From positions 40,887 through 104,886 of the forward strand of contig VGTJ01000001.1 in assembly GCA_016874775.1 (NCBI GenBank): DNA of 64,000 nt. Reading direction: 5' to 3'. Positions 47,786 through 57,565 of this stretch are shown here, in pieces (the first letter of the stretch is position 1; each line of letters begins with the position of its first letter). This DNA comes from Deltaproteobacteria bacterium (lineage in GTDB: Bacteria; Desulfobacterota; Binatia; Bin18). The notes below the pieces were generated by a model that was not told where the DNA came from, searched no databases, and saw only the letters and a program-made list of their open reading frames with translations. A program made the position numbers and the translations under genes.

Positions 47786-48538
47786 ATGCCACGTCGACGC
47801 CTCAAAATTATTCATACCTCTGACGTCCACCTCGAAAGTGACACCTTCGGCAAAAGTGAAGAAGGGCAAGCGTTTCGCCGCAAGATTCAACGCTCATTTG
47901 AGCGTGTTGTAGATCGCGTGCTTGAAGAGCAGGCTGATTTCTTTTTGATCGCTGGCGATTTGTTTGATTCCAACCGCGTACCAGAATCCGGTGTCGAGTT
48001 CGTTCATACCCAGCTCTCACGGCTGGCGTGTCCAGTAGTCCTGATCCCTGGCAATCATGATTGCTATGATCAGCGATCGATTTACAAGAAAGTAGATTTT
48101 CGCGCGATAGGCCCTCACGTCTATCCGTTGACTCGTGAGGAAGGGGAGACGCTCGAATTTCCCGAATTACATGCGACGGTGTGGGGCAAGGGGCTTGTCG
48201 AGCATGACAACCGCTATCGTCCGCTTGCTGGGGTACCAGCCCGTACGGGAGATTACTGGCATATCGGGATGGCGCACGGTTATTTCGTTGAAGAAGAAGA
48301 GATGCAGCGCTCATCGCTCGTCAAGCCTAAAGAAATTGCGCAGTCAGGACTCGACTATCTGGCGATGGGGCACGTGCACGTGTTCACTGACCTCACACAA
48401 GGTGTGACGAAAGCCTGTTATCCCGGCACGCCTGCGCCATTACATCTCGGTGTGAATGATGGTGGAAGCGTTGTCTTGGCCGTCCTCGATCCAGACGACG
48501 GCGTAATTTTCACTCAGCAAAAGATTGATCTAGGGTGA
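47786..48538 (+). CDS. metallophosphoesterase (calcineurin-like, SbcD/Mre11-type N-domain)
   Basis: The motifs IIHTSDVHL, AGDLFD and GNHD are metallophosphatase signatures. Confidence 0.8.
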   Translation: MPRRRLKIIHTSDVHLESDTFGKSEEGQAFRRKIQRSFERVVDRVLEEQADFFLIAGDLFDSNRVPESGVEFVHTQLSRLACPVVLIPGNHDCYDQRSIYKKVDFRAIGPHVYPLTREEGETLEFPELHATVWGKGLVEHDNRYRPLAGVPARTGDYWHIGMAHGYFVEEEEMQRSSLVKPKEIAQSGLDYLAMGHVHVFTDLTQGVTKACYPGTPAPLHLGVNDGGSVVLAVLDPDDGVIFTQQKIDLG

Positions 48539-48542
48539 AGAA

Positions 48543-48705
48543 AGCGTTCAGCTATCAGCGCTCAGCGAAAACAGCGGGCAGTTGGCAACGATCAGCGGCA
48601 AAGATCTGTCCCTCTCAACGACCTGCGTCATCTGAGCAGCAACACCAGATTTGCTATATTTCCTTCTCTGGCTGAAAGCTGACTGCTGAAAGCTTGAGGC
48701 TGGCT
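48543..48705. repeat. second intergenic repeat family, copy 2 (gcgttcagctatcagcgctcagcg...ggctgaaagctgactgctgaaagc)
   Basis: It begins with the same 16-mer as copy 1, contains gctgaaag direct repeats, and sits upstream of the ferritin-like gene. Confidence 0.5.
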
Positions 48706-48757
48706 TTTTACGGCCCCCCTGTTTTGTCCCCCCGCCCACTTCTGCTAAGAAATAATC

Positions 48758-49354
48758 ATGGTGGAGAAAGCGGATTTACATCGTCGTGCGCACCGCGTGA
48801 CAATCAGAGATATTCTGCGGACTGCGGTCGACATGGAAAAGAAAACCATGGCGCTCTATATGCGTTTCGCTCGCAATTTTCAGAAACAAGAAGAGCTGCG
48901 CAAGTTCTGGTTTACCATGGCCCGACATGAAGCTGGTCACCTTGGGGCACTCGCGCTAGTCGAAGGAGTATTGGACAACGAACCTGATATCGGAGAGACA
49001 ACGAAAGTGTGGTTCGATCCTTCGACGGTCGTGCGATTGCGTTCGTTACTCGCTGCCTATAGTCGGGAAGCCACCAAAAATATCTCGGTCGAGCGTTCGT
49101 TTGAGATCGCGCTCGATATCGAGGGATCTGAGCTTGAGGATGTTGTTGTCGAACTCTTACAAGTTGTGAAAGAGCCGATGCTCCATGACCAAGCTGTGAA
49201 ACTCATGCTCCATGACTTAAGCGACCTCAGTTACATGGTAGAAAAATTCACCAAGAATGAGGCGTTACTCAATCGCGCGGATGAATTGGTCGACCGCCGC
49301 GTTGATGCGTTCACTGTGTCCCAGGCGGAGAAGGCGCACTCAACGTCGTCATAG
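48758..49354 (+). CDS. ferritin-like/rubrerythrin-fold domain protein
   Basis: RDILRTAVDMEKKTMALYMRFARNF...FWFTMARHEAGH contains an ExxH-like di-iron four-helix pattern. Confidence 0.5.
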   Translation: MVEKADLHRRAHRVTIRDILRTAVDMEKKTMALYMRFARNFQKQEELRKFWFTMARHEAGHLGALALVEGVLDNEPDIGETTKVWFDPSTVVRLRSLLAAYSREATKNISVERSFEIALDIEGSELEDVVVELLQVVKEPMLHDQAVKLMLHDLSDLSYMVEKFTKNEALLNRADELVDRRVDAFTVSQAEKAHSTSS

Positions 49355-49544
49355 GCTGCGCGATCAGAATATATTGGTACGGCAGGATGGTGAGTTTCTC
49401 TGTTACTTTCAGTCCGGCTGCCTGCAGTTCTTTTTCTACCTTGTCTTCGCTGAGGCGCATGTACATTGGTGGACCGACCGGTGTTTCTCGCTGGTAAAAA
49501 TCGATAATTGCGACACGACCATTAGGCTTGAGGGCTTTGCGCAT
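49311..49544 (-). pseudogene. C-terminal fragment of a class I SAM-dependent methyltransferase
   Basis: ALKPNGRVAIIDFYQRETPVGPPMYMRLSEDKVEKELQAAGLKV is a typical methyltransferase C-terminus. The N-terminal about 150 aa are absent and the locus abuts a short repeat (tagcctacagcctatagcc). Confidence 0.45.
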
Positions 49545-49600
49545 TCACCTATTTTCTTCCCTATGGCCTGTAGCCTACAGCCTATAGCCTTTGCCTCTCG

Positions 49601-51862
49601 TTACTGCCGACCGCGGAGCATCAAGGCAAGCGCCAATCCTGTAAGCAACAACACTGGGCTCCAGCCCGCAAGTGGTGGAGGCAATTTCCCTCCATACCCA
49701 AGTGAAGCGAAAACACCGGTCAACAAAACATATGCGACCCCAAGGACACTGCATGTGAGAATTGTTACTGCTGGACCTGGAAACGGCGGACCACTGACGG
49801 CGAAAAATAAGGCTGCCGCAGGAAGTAGCAGGCACGCGAACGGTGCGGCGAGCTTCACATGCCAATCCACGCGATACGTGGTTGCACTATAGCCGCTGGT
49901 TTCAACATCACGGATCGCCTCTGCAAGCTGTGTTGTGTTTAAGTGCATGCTGTCTGGCGTCGTGCTGGGGGCTTCCCCGAGCACGATCCGTGATGCTGCT
50001 GGAAGGGGTTGCAACCCTTGCGCTGAGATCCCAATTCGTACGGGTTCGATCAATTCCCATACTCCCTTGCCAATATGCCTGGCTTCTCGTGCATCGATCC
50101 GGCTGACCGGCAAGCCCGAGTCATTGAGTTCGTATACTGCCAATCCTTGAGCTTCGCCGACTTTCGAGTCGAGGGCCGACGCTTGGTACAAATGAGTACT
50201 GTCCTGATACCAGATCATTCGCTGCCGCAGATTCGCTTCTGGTCCACGTCGCTTGATCTCTTCGTCTTTGAGCTGATCGGCAAGTGCATTGGTGCGGGGG
50301 ACAACCAACTCGTTAAGCAAGAAATAGGCGGGCAAAATGAGACCGCAGATGAGCAAGATCGGAGCTAAGGCACGAGGAACAGAGACACCACACGCCCGCA
50401 TCCCGATAATCTCGCGATGGACAGTGAGAATACTCACCGTCAGTGCAGTGGCGAGCAAGAGTGACATCGGAATAACGCGCGAGGCTAAGAGCGGTGTCCG
50501 AGCGCCATAGAAGCGTAGCACGGCCAACAGGTGGGCTTGATGACGTGCGAACCATTGCAGACGTTCGAGGATATCAACGAGCAAATACCCAACGAAGAGC
50601 ATGCCAAAAGCAAGGAGCAGCATGGTCAGGTACTGTTGGGTTACGTATCGTTGCAAGACAAACCGTCGGACACGAGGGTGAGATGTCTCCTCTGTTGGCG
50701 CAGGTTCTTCCGACGTTGTCCGCTCTCCTGCTTGACGGCCCCATGTGGCCCATTTACGGACTCTCCAAATGAGAAGAATGGCGACGATGGCAATAACGAT
50801 ATTGGCCAGCCACACACCAAGGATGAGAGGCACCGCACGTGCTTGTACGAGGCCGTCCCCGAGTTGCATGAGTCCGTAGTAGACCACAGTCACCAAAAGT
50901 CCGGTGACACCTCCAGCCGCACGCGAAAACCGTTTCCCGGCTAGGCTGAGCGGAACGGCTAGTAATCCTAACACCAGTGCAGCAACGGGATAGGCGAGTC
51001 GATGGTGAAACTCCACACGGGCGAGAGAAGCTGAGGATTCTTTTTCACCGGTTTGTTGCATGTGAGCGAGAAGCTGGGTTAACGATTCGCCCGGAAGGAC
51101 ATCCGCCTCTTTTCGTGCCGGAGTTGGATTTTCTTGCAGTGTTTGTATGAAACTGCCAAAACGGGTTGCTTCCCCACGCTCGGGTGGGGAAGGGAGCATG
51201 ACCCCTTCATGCAGGGTTAATTGCGTTGTGTGTTGGCCAAGAGGCAGAAGGTCCCCATGTTCAGCGAACAGTGTCTGACCTTGCTCAGGCAACCAGAGTA
51301 AAATGCCGCGGAGGTGATCTCCACGTGCAGACACCTCGCGCGCAAGCATTTTCACTCCGCTGAAATCGTAGACCGTGCCAGCACGTAACGAGAGCCCAGG
51401 GTTCTCCGCTGCCATGCGTTGGAGTGCGGCATCGAGCGATCGGGTTGCCCACGGCGCAGCAACGAGAGAAAGCATGAACCCCAGTACAGTTGCGATCGCT
51501 CCCCACAAGAGTACGGGGTAGACGAGACGGCGGACGGAAATGCCTGCCGCTTCCATTGACAACACTTCGAGGTCAGCTCGTAAACGTCCCAGCCCTACCA
51601 ATGTCCCAATGAGAAGAGCGAAAGGAAGCGTGCGAGATAGGAGTGGGATGATCTCGTACAGCGCGATCATGGCGACCGCTGAGGCCCCGAACCCGCGATT
51701 GATAACAAGGTCAGAGAAGCCCAGCAGATCTTTAGTCAATACGAGAGCAGTAAGGCCGCCGAGGGCCAGAAGAGTCGGGCGGATTAGCTCAGTAATGACG
51801 TACCAAACGAGTGTGATTCCAAGCGTGCCCTTCCGCTTAGGAGGGAGTTCCGAAAGCGACAT
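49601..51862 (-). CDS. fused LptF/LptG-type LPS export permease (two YjgP/YjgQ domains in one polypeptide)
   Basis: The full ORF is 777 aa if started at 51934, or 753 aa from the chosen ATG at 51862. Both halves begin with a YjgP/YjgQ-type helix pattern: ITLVWYVITELIRPTLL and VRRFVLQRYVTQQYLTMLLL. Each half has its own periplasmic beta-jellyroll insert. The start at 51862 is chosen to leave a promoter gap before the divergent gene. Confidence 0.8.
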   Translation of the reverse strand: MSLSELPPKRKGTLGITLVWYVITELIRPTLLALGGLTALVLTKDLLGFSDLVINRGFGASAVAMIALYEIIPLLSRTLPFALLIGTLVGLGRLRADLEVLSMEAAGISVRRLVYPVLLWGAIATVLGFMLSLVAAPWATRSLDAALQRMAAENPGLSLRAGTVYDFSGVKMLAREVSARGDHLRGILLWLPEQGQTLFAEHGDLLPLGQHTTQLTLHEGVMLPSPPERGEATRFGSFIQTLQENPTPARKEADVLPGESLTQLLAHMQQTGEKESSASLARVEFHHRLAYPVAALVLGLLAVPLSLAGKRFSRAAGGVTGLLVTVVYYGLMQLGDGLVQARAVPLILGVWLANIVIAIVAILLIWRVRKWATWGRQAGERTTSEEPAPTEETSHPRVRRFVLQRYVTQQYLTMLLLAFGMLFVGYLLVDILERLQWFARHQAHLLAVLRFYGARTPLLASRVIPMSLLLATALTVSILTVHREIIGMRACGVSVPRALAPILLICGLILPAYFLLNELVVPRTNALADQLKDEEIKRRGPEANLRQRMIWYQDSTHLYQASALDSKVGEAQGLAVYELNDSGLPVSRIDAREARHIGKGVWELIEPVRIGISAQGLQPLPAASRIVLGEAPSTTPDSMHLNTTQLAEAIRDVETSGYSATTYRVDWHVKLAAPFACLLLPAAALFFAVSGPPFPGPAVTILTCSVLGVAYVLLTGVFASLGYGGKLPPPLAGWSPVLLLTGLALALMLRGRQ

Positions 51863-51965
51863 CAGGGGCCACGTCGGCTGTTGTTGGTTGCCTCGATTCT
51901 TGCGTTGAGAGGCACTCCTCCTTGATTCTTTCACGGATTTCTCTTATACCGGTCTTCTCTCACAG

Positions 51966-52739
51966 ATGAAAGCGATTATTTTGAGTGCGGGGCAGGGGCG
52001 GAGGTTGTTGCCGTTTACAGCGGAGACGCCGAAGTGCCTTCTTCCGGTGGATGCTGGTCGTACTGTCCTTGAACTCCAACTCCGAGCACTAGCCCAGTGC
52101 GGTATTCAAGATGTCACCGTTTTGGTCGGTTTTGCGGCAGACAAGGTAGAGCGGTTCTTACGCGCGCGACCGGTACCCGGTCTCGACATCCGTACGCGGT
52201 ATAATCCATTCTTTGCCGCTTCGAATAATCTGATTACGTGTTGGGCTGCAATGTCGGAGATGACCGAGGATTTCCTCCTTCTCAATGGCGATTCGCTGTT
52301 TGAGCCTGATGCTCTCCGTCGTCTTTTGGCTGCACCCTGGGCCCCAGCGACCCTGACCATCAATCGTAAGGAAGAATACGACGACGACGACATGAAAGTC
52401 TCGCTGAACGGTGGACGGCGACTCAAGGCAGTGGGAAAAACCTTGCCACGCGCTGCTGTCCACGGTGAGTCGATCGGTCTCATGCGCTTCTGTGGCGAAG
52501 GAGTCGGTGCATTCCGTGGGACACTCGAAGAGGCGGTTCGCGGTCCTGAAGCTTTGCAGCGGTGGTATCTTTCTGTGCTAAACACCATGTGTGTTTCAAC
52601 AGTGGTGGAAACCGTGTCAATTGAAGGCCTCTGGTGGGGAGAGATTGATACGCCAGAAGATTTAGCGAAGGTTCGTGCGCACTTTGCCCTTAGCTCACCG
52701 GTTATACGGCCAGCGCTTCGTCTTGCACTGGTTTCTTAG
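51966..52739 (+). CDS. sugar-phosphate/alcohol-phosphate nucleotidyltransferase (NTP_transferase family)
   Basis: MKAIILSAGQGRRLLPFTAETPKCLLPV is the GxGxRL nucleotidyltransferase motif. Confidence 0.8.
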   Translation: MKAIILSAGQGRRLLPFTAETPKCLLPVDAGRTVLELQLRALAQCGIQDVTVLVGFAADKVERFLRARPVPGLDIRTRYNPFFAASNNLITCWAAMSEMTEDFLLLNGDSLFEPDALRRLLAAPWAPATLTINRKEEYDDDDMKVSLNGGRRLKAVGKTLPRAAVHGESIGLMRFCGEGVGAFRGTLEEAVRGPEALQRWYLSVLNTMCVSTVVETVSIEGLWWGEIDTPEDLAKVRAHFALSSPVIRPALRLALVS

Positions 52740-52774
52740 CCCCCGGCCTTTTTCATCGTGAAGGAGAATGGGCC

Positions 52775-53929
52775 ATGCGGGTTGGTTTTCTCCTCAATCA
52801 CTATGCCGTTCATCAAGTGCCGCACGTCGTTCCGTACGCGCTTGAGCTGTCTCGCCACTACCCTGAATTCGAGGTGGTGATTGCCTGCTCTTCCCGGCGG
52901 GAACTCCTCACGGCTCGCGCTATCAGTGAACTCTATCCTCACCATCGGTGTCGCTTCAAACGATTACGCCCAGTGTGGTATTACCAATTTGCCGATCCAT
53001 TCGTTTATCAGTGGAAATTCAAGCGCAAAGAGATGGTGCTACGGAACAATCTTGCCTTCTTCCGTACCCTCAATGCGCTTGTGGCCCCGGAGCGTCACTG
53101 TCTGAGATTACAGAGACGCCATGGGTTGACCAATCTCAAATTTATTAACGTCCGCCATGGCGCAGGCGATAGAGAAGGAAGTTTTGACGACCGTTCGGAG
53201 GCCTTTGATCTGACACTTTTACCTGGACAGAAGTATGTCGATCGCCTGACCGAACTGGACTATCTTCGTTCTGACTCATACGCGGTTGTCGGGTGGCCAA
53301 AGTTTGAAGTTGTCGCTGCTACGCCACCCAAAGCGAAACGCTTCTTTGCCAATGATAAGCCGATTGTCGTCTACAACCCCCATTTTGAGCAGGACGTTTC
53401 TTCGTGGCAGACAGTCGGCTTACAGGTGCTCGATTTCTTTGCCACTACTCACAAGTATAATCTGATCTTCGCGCCGCACGTGATCTTGTTCAAACGGAAC
53501 AAACGGCACCAGGCAGTGCTCCCCACCAAATACTCTCATCTCCCCAATATCTTGATTGACACAAAAAGTGATTCTCTCACGGATATGACGTACATCTTGG
53601 CGGCTGACATCTACCTTGGCGATGTGAGTAGCCAAGTGTACGAATTCTTGTTGCAGCCTCGTCCATGTATTTTCCTCAACGCTCACAACGTGCAATGGGA
53701 AGACAATCCCTATTATTCCCACTGGCGGCTTGGGAAGGTTGTCAATGATGTTGCCACTGAACTGCCTTTAGCTTTGGAACTCGCGTATCCCAGTCATCCA
53801 CAGTTTCTGGCCAAGCAACGTGGAGCTTTTGCGTACACATTTCGCATTGACGTAGAGGGAACGGCAGCCCGACGCGGCGCCGAGGCGATTGCGAAATTTC
53901 TGCAAGCCACGGGCTCAAACGAAGCGTAG
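52775..53929 (+). CDS. putative CDP-alcohol/glycerophosphate transferase (TagB/TagF-like) capsule or teichoic-type polymer enzyme
   Basis: Its size, its position directly after the nucleotidyltransferase and a C-terminal Rossmann-like region (IFAPHVILF...NILID...DIYLGDVSSQVYEF) resemble Glyphos_transf-family proteins. The assignment is tentative. Confidence 0.45.
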   Translation: MRVGFLLNHYAVHQVPHVVPYALELSRHYPEFEVVIACSSRRELLTARAISELYPHHRCRFKRLRPVWYYQFADPFVYQWKFKRKEMVLRNNLAFFRTLNALVAPERHCLRLQRRHGLTNLKFINVRHGAGDREGSFDDRSEAFDLTLLPGQKYVDRLTELDYLRSDSYAVVGWPKFEVVAATPPKAKRFFANDKPIVVYNPHFEQDVSSWQTVGLQVLDFFATTHKYNLIFAPHVILFKRNKRHQAVLPTKYSHLPNILIDTKSDSLTDMTYILAADIYLGDVSSQVYEFLLQPRPCIFLNAHNVQWEDNPYYSHWRLGKVVNDVATELPLALELAYPSHPQFLAKQRGAFAYTFRIDVEGTAARRGAEAIAKFLQATGSNEA

Positions 53930-54118
53930 TGATCTGTCCCTTTTGCTCTGGCTTTGCGCCTGCGGTTCGTTATGATCCGTGGTGAGTATGCGTGGCTTGA
54001 AGAATCATTTATGGTGTCAAAAAGACCAAGTTCGTACGGTACTGGAAAACGTGACGTGATTCGCTATCGTGACGCGTTTCACCATGTATAACTTTATGTT
54101 TGACAGAAAGGAAACCTC

Positions 54119-54715
54119 ATGACGCATCGAATCGATGCTGCTGAAGAAAAAACTGAGAAGAGCGAGAAGACCGAAAGCCTTTCAGAGCAATTGACGTTCA
54201 AGTCTCGCTTTGTCCTGGTTTTTGGTGAGATTAATCACGCGACTGCGCGGGCGACGTGCGAGCGACTCATTGCGCTTTCACAAGAGTCGGACGCTCCTAT
54301 CCGAGTGTTAATTTCCTCGCCTGGTGGTCATGTCGAGTCTGGCGACGCGATTCACGATATGATTCGCTTCGTTCGTTCACCGGTGACAACGGTTGGGACA
54401 GGGTGGGTCGCAAGTGCCGGGACTCACATCTTCCTCGCCGCGCCAAAAGACCGTCGCGTGTGTTTACCGAATACCCGTTTCATGATCCACCAGCCTGGTG
54501 GCGGTGCGGGTGGCCCAGCTACTGATATTGCGATTCAAGCGAAAGAGATTCTGCGCACCCGCGAGCGCATTGCCCAAGTGATCGCGAAGCAAACTGGGCA
54601 GCCACTGAAGAAAGTGCTTGCTGACATGGAACGTGACTTCTGGATGAGTGCCGATGAAGCGATCGAGTATGGCATCGTCTCGCGGGTGATCGAGACGCAT
54701 AAGGAACTGCAGTGA
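54119..54715 (+). CDS. clpP: ClpP-family serine protease with an N-terminal extension (no clpX adjacent)
   Basis: LISSPGGHVESGDAIHDMI and the conserved Ser in GWVASAG, His in MIHQP and Asp in ERD give an intact catalytic triad. Confidence 0.85.
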   Translation: MTHRIDAAEEKTEKSEKTESLSEQLTFKSRFVLVFGEINHATARATCERLIALSQESDAPIRVLISSPGGHVESGDAIHDMIRFVRSPVTTVGTGWVASAGTHIFLAAPKDRRVCLPNTRFMIHQPGGGAGGPATDIAIQAKEILRTRERIAQVIAKQTGQPLKKVLADMERDFWMSADEAIEYGIVSRVIETHKELQ

Positions 54716-54737
54716 TACGTCATCACAGGAGGAGAGC

Positions 54738-55142
54738 ATGACCGAAGCATGCGTCAAGGGGTGGTTGGAGACCTACAATACTGCCGACCTCGATGGAGCG
54801 ATGGCCTGCTACACCGATGATGTCGAATTCGAAGATCCAATCTTTGGCGAGCTCGTGCACGGCAAGCCCGCGCTCCGCCAGGCGTTCAGCCAATTCTTCT
54901 TTTCTGGTGTAACGAAATTACGCTTTCTTGAGTGGTCCGGTGGGCCAGTGGGTGGTGCCGTGGAATGGGAATGGACGGCAACCTGGGGAGCGAATCGCAC
55001 GTTCCTCGGGTTCGATGCATCACATAAGCGCTTCGTTGTTCGCGGTGTGACCGTGCTCAAACTGCGAGACGGGAAGATTAGTCACCAGACCGACTACTGG
55101 GATGCGCGTGGAGCGTTGCGGCAGCTTGGCGGGCTTCAGTAG
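54738..55142 (+). CDS. SnoaL-like/NTF2-fold protein (ketosteroid-isomerase-like)
   Basis: GWLETYNTADLDGAMACYTDDVEFEDP is a SnoaL-like N-terminal pattern. An AGGAGGAG Shine-Dalgarno precedes the start. Confidence 0.75.
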   Translation: MTEACVKGWLETYNTADLDGAMACYTDDVEFEDPIFGELVHGKPALRQAFSQFFFSGVTKLRFLEWSGGPVGGAVEWEWTATWGANRTFLGFDASHKRFVVRGVTVLKLRDGKISHQTDYWDARGALRQLGGLQ

Positions 55143-55353
55143 TGTAGTTTTCAGCTAGGTTTACCTCATTTGTTATCCTTCCCTGGACTTGTTGCGCTTG
55201 TGTTTCCCTCTCCCTGGCAGGGAGAGGGCTAGGGTGAGGGTCGAGAGCGAGGATCTGAGCGACAGGCAATCGCAAATTGCTCTAGCCAGGCCAGGGGTAA
55301 AGCGGTCGCCCCACTAGTCGTTTCCCACATTCTCCCATACATACATAAGCCGT

Positions 55354-56577
55354 ATGGAAAAAAAGAAACAGCCAGTGATCCTTGCCATTCTTGGGACCTT
55401 GATTGGCATCACGCCATTTTCGATTGATATGTACTTACCGGGCTTTCCGGCTATCGCCAGCGATTTACACACGGATATTTCACAAGTTACGCTTTCGTTG
55501 ACTAGCTTCTTTATTGGGGTCGCGGTCGGACAACTCTTCTTTGGACCGATTTCTGACCGCTATGGCAGAAAGACGCCGCTACTTGTTGGCTTAGCCCTGT
55601 ACGTTATCGCTTCTCTTGGGTGCGTCTTTGTCCGTTCCGTCAACGCGCTCATTGCCCTGCGCGTGTTCGAAGCGGTTGGTGGGTGTGCGGGGATGGTGAT
55701 CAGTCGAGCTATCGTGCGCGATATGTACAGTGGGCCTGACATTGCCAGGGTGTTTTCGTTGTTGATGTTAGTCATGGGAGTAGCACCAATTCTTGCCCCG
55801 ACAATTGGCGGGATTGTGACGACGACTTTGGGATGGTGGTATATTTTCCTGGTGCTGATGCTGATCGGTCTCTCGTTGCTGATCATCTCTGCGCGTGTAT
55901 TGCCCGAGACTCGGCAGGCCGATCCCTCCATTTCACTACATCCGTTACGAGTGTTGCGCGAATATCTCACAGTGTTACGTGAACCTCGCTTTGCCACGTA
56001 TGCACTCACTGGCAGTATCGCTTCGGCAGGATTGTTTGCCTATATTTCTGGCTCACCGTTTGTGTTCATGAAGTTATTTAGTATCTCCGAAAAGCATTAC
56101 GGCTGGATTTTCGGCATGAACGCGCTAGGGCTGATTACAGCAAGTCAGATAAACCGGGTGTTACTGCGAAAGCGCACCAGTGCAGAAATCATTCTCAGAG
56201 CCAGTAGCCTGCAATTTACCTTTGGTCTCTTGCTGGCTCTGAGTACGCGCATGCATCTGATTGGCTTTGTTGGCACGGTTCTCCTCATCTTTGGTTTCAT
56301 GATGATGCAAGGCTTTGTCTTTCCTAATGCGTCGGCATTAGCGATCGAGCCCTTCACGCGCAACGCTGGGAGCGCCGCCGCACTACTTGGTGGCCTGCAA
56401 ATGACCTCGGGTGCAGTAGCGTCGGCATTGGTCAGTTATCTGCACAACAATACCGCACTGCCGATGGCTGGGGTGATGGCAATCTGTGGGGTGATCAGTT
56501 TTTCGACCTTGCTCACTGGGCGTGCGGTGCTGCGGAGAAAAGTTGCGGCAACGGAGTTGAATCTTTCACCGTCGTGA
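55354..56577 (+). CDS. MFS drug-efflux transporter, Bcr/CflA family
   Basis: PFSIDMYLPGFPAIASDLHTDISQVTLSLTSFFIGVAVGQLFFGPISDRYGRK is the Bcr/CflA signature. Confidence 0.85.
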   Translation: MEKKKQPVILAILGTLIGITPFSIDMYLPGFPAIASDLHTDISQVTLSLTSFFIGVAVGQLFFGPISDRYGRKTPLLVGLALYVIASLGCVFVRSVNALIALRVFEAVGGCAGMVISRAIVRDMYSGPDIARVFSLLMLVMGVAPILAPTIGGIVTTTLGWWYIFLVLMLIGLSLLIISARVLPETRQADPSISLHPLRVLREYLTVLREPRFATYALTGSIASAGLFAYISGSPFVFMKLFSISEKHYGWIFGMNALGLITASQINRVLLRKRTSAEIILRASSLQFTFGLLLALSTRMHLIGFVGTVLLIFGFMMMQGFVFPNASALAIEPFTRNAGSAAALLGGLQMTSGAVASALVSYLHNNTALPMAGVMAICGVISFSTLLTGRAVLRRKVAATELNLSPS

Positions 56578-56666
56578 TTCTCTAAACCTTGGGGAGATTG
56601 GATCACTGAAGGAATGATGCCATAGATACTGCATTCGAGTGATGCTTCACAAAGGAGGGATGTTTT

Positions 56667-57428
56667 ATGTGGCTTCGCGTACGACAAATCGCCTTGATTG
56701 CACGACAGTTGGCTCCAGTTGTTGACGATATCAAAGATGTGTTTGGCCTTGAGGTGGCGTTTCGTGACCCAGCGGTGAAAGTGTTCGGGCTGGAGAACGC
56801 GGTGTTCCCGATTGGCAACCAGTTTCTTGAAGTGGTCTCACCGATTAAAGAAGGTACGGCTGGTGGACGGTATCTTGATCGCCGTAATGGTGACGGTGGT
56901 TACATGGTGATCTGCCAGTGTGATGATGAAGAGCCACGTAAAAAACGTGTAGCTGAACTAGGGGTTCGCAAGGCGATGGAACACGATGAGCCGGAGATGC
57001 GTATTATGCAGCTTCATCCACGCGATACTGGTGGATGTTTCCTGGAGATCGATCAGCAACTTGGTGACACGAGTGAGTGGATGCCTGCTGGAAAGAATTG
57101 GAAATCGGCGGTTCGTACTGAGATCGTTCGTGGTATTGCTGCGGCAGAAATCCAAACGCCTGATCCAACAGAGCTTGCTGAACGCTGGGGGAAAATCGTA
57201 GAACTACCTGTGAATGACAATGCCGCTGGGCAGGCGAATCTGCACTTTGATAATGCTGACGTGCGCTTTGTCAAAGATACCGATGGCCGTGGGGAAGGAC
57301 TTGGTGGGGTCGATCTGATCGTTGCCAATCGCGAGAAGTTGCTTGCTGCAGCGGAACGGCGTGGTAAACGCGTCGCTGATGATATGGTCAATATTTGCGG
57401 TGTGCGTTTTCGGTTGGTGGAGAAGTAG
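56667..57428 (+). CDS. VOC/glyoxalase-like domain protein
   Basis: IALIARQLAPVVDDIKDVFGLEV...AVFPIGNQFLEVVSP is a VOC beta-alpha-beta-beta-beta module. Confidence 0.6.
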   Translation: MWLRVRQIALIARQLAPVVDDIKDVFGLEVAFRDPAVKVFGLENAVFPIGNQFLEVVSPIKEGTAGGRYLDRRNGDGGYMVICQCDDEEPRKKRVAELGVRKAMEHDEPEMRIMQLHPRDTGGCFLEIDQQLGDTSEWMPAGKNWKSAVRTEIVRGIAAAEIQTPDPTELAERWGKIVELPVNDNAAGQANLHFDNADVRFVKDTDGRGEGLGGVDLIVANREKLLAAAERRGKRVADDMVNICGVRFRLVEK

Positions 57429-57452
57429 AAAGGCTTGACGCGTTTCGCAGTT

Positions 57453-57543
57453 CGTCATTCCCTCGGAAGCGAGAATCCAGGAGGAATAATCAAGAGCTTC
57501 TGCTTGAGGTCCCTGGACGCCCGCCTGCGCGGGCATGACGGAC
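57453..57543. repeat. composite two-hairpin intergenic element, copy 2 (gtcattccctcggaagcgagaatcc, spacer, ccctggacgcccgcctgcgcgggcatgacgg)
   Basis: It has the same two-part layout as the copy at 26138-26226. It lies between convergent genes. Confidence 0.6.
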
Positions 57544-57565
57544 CTTCCCAGAATGTCTCTTGATT

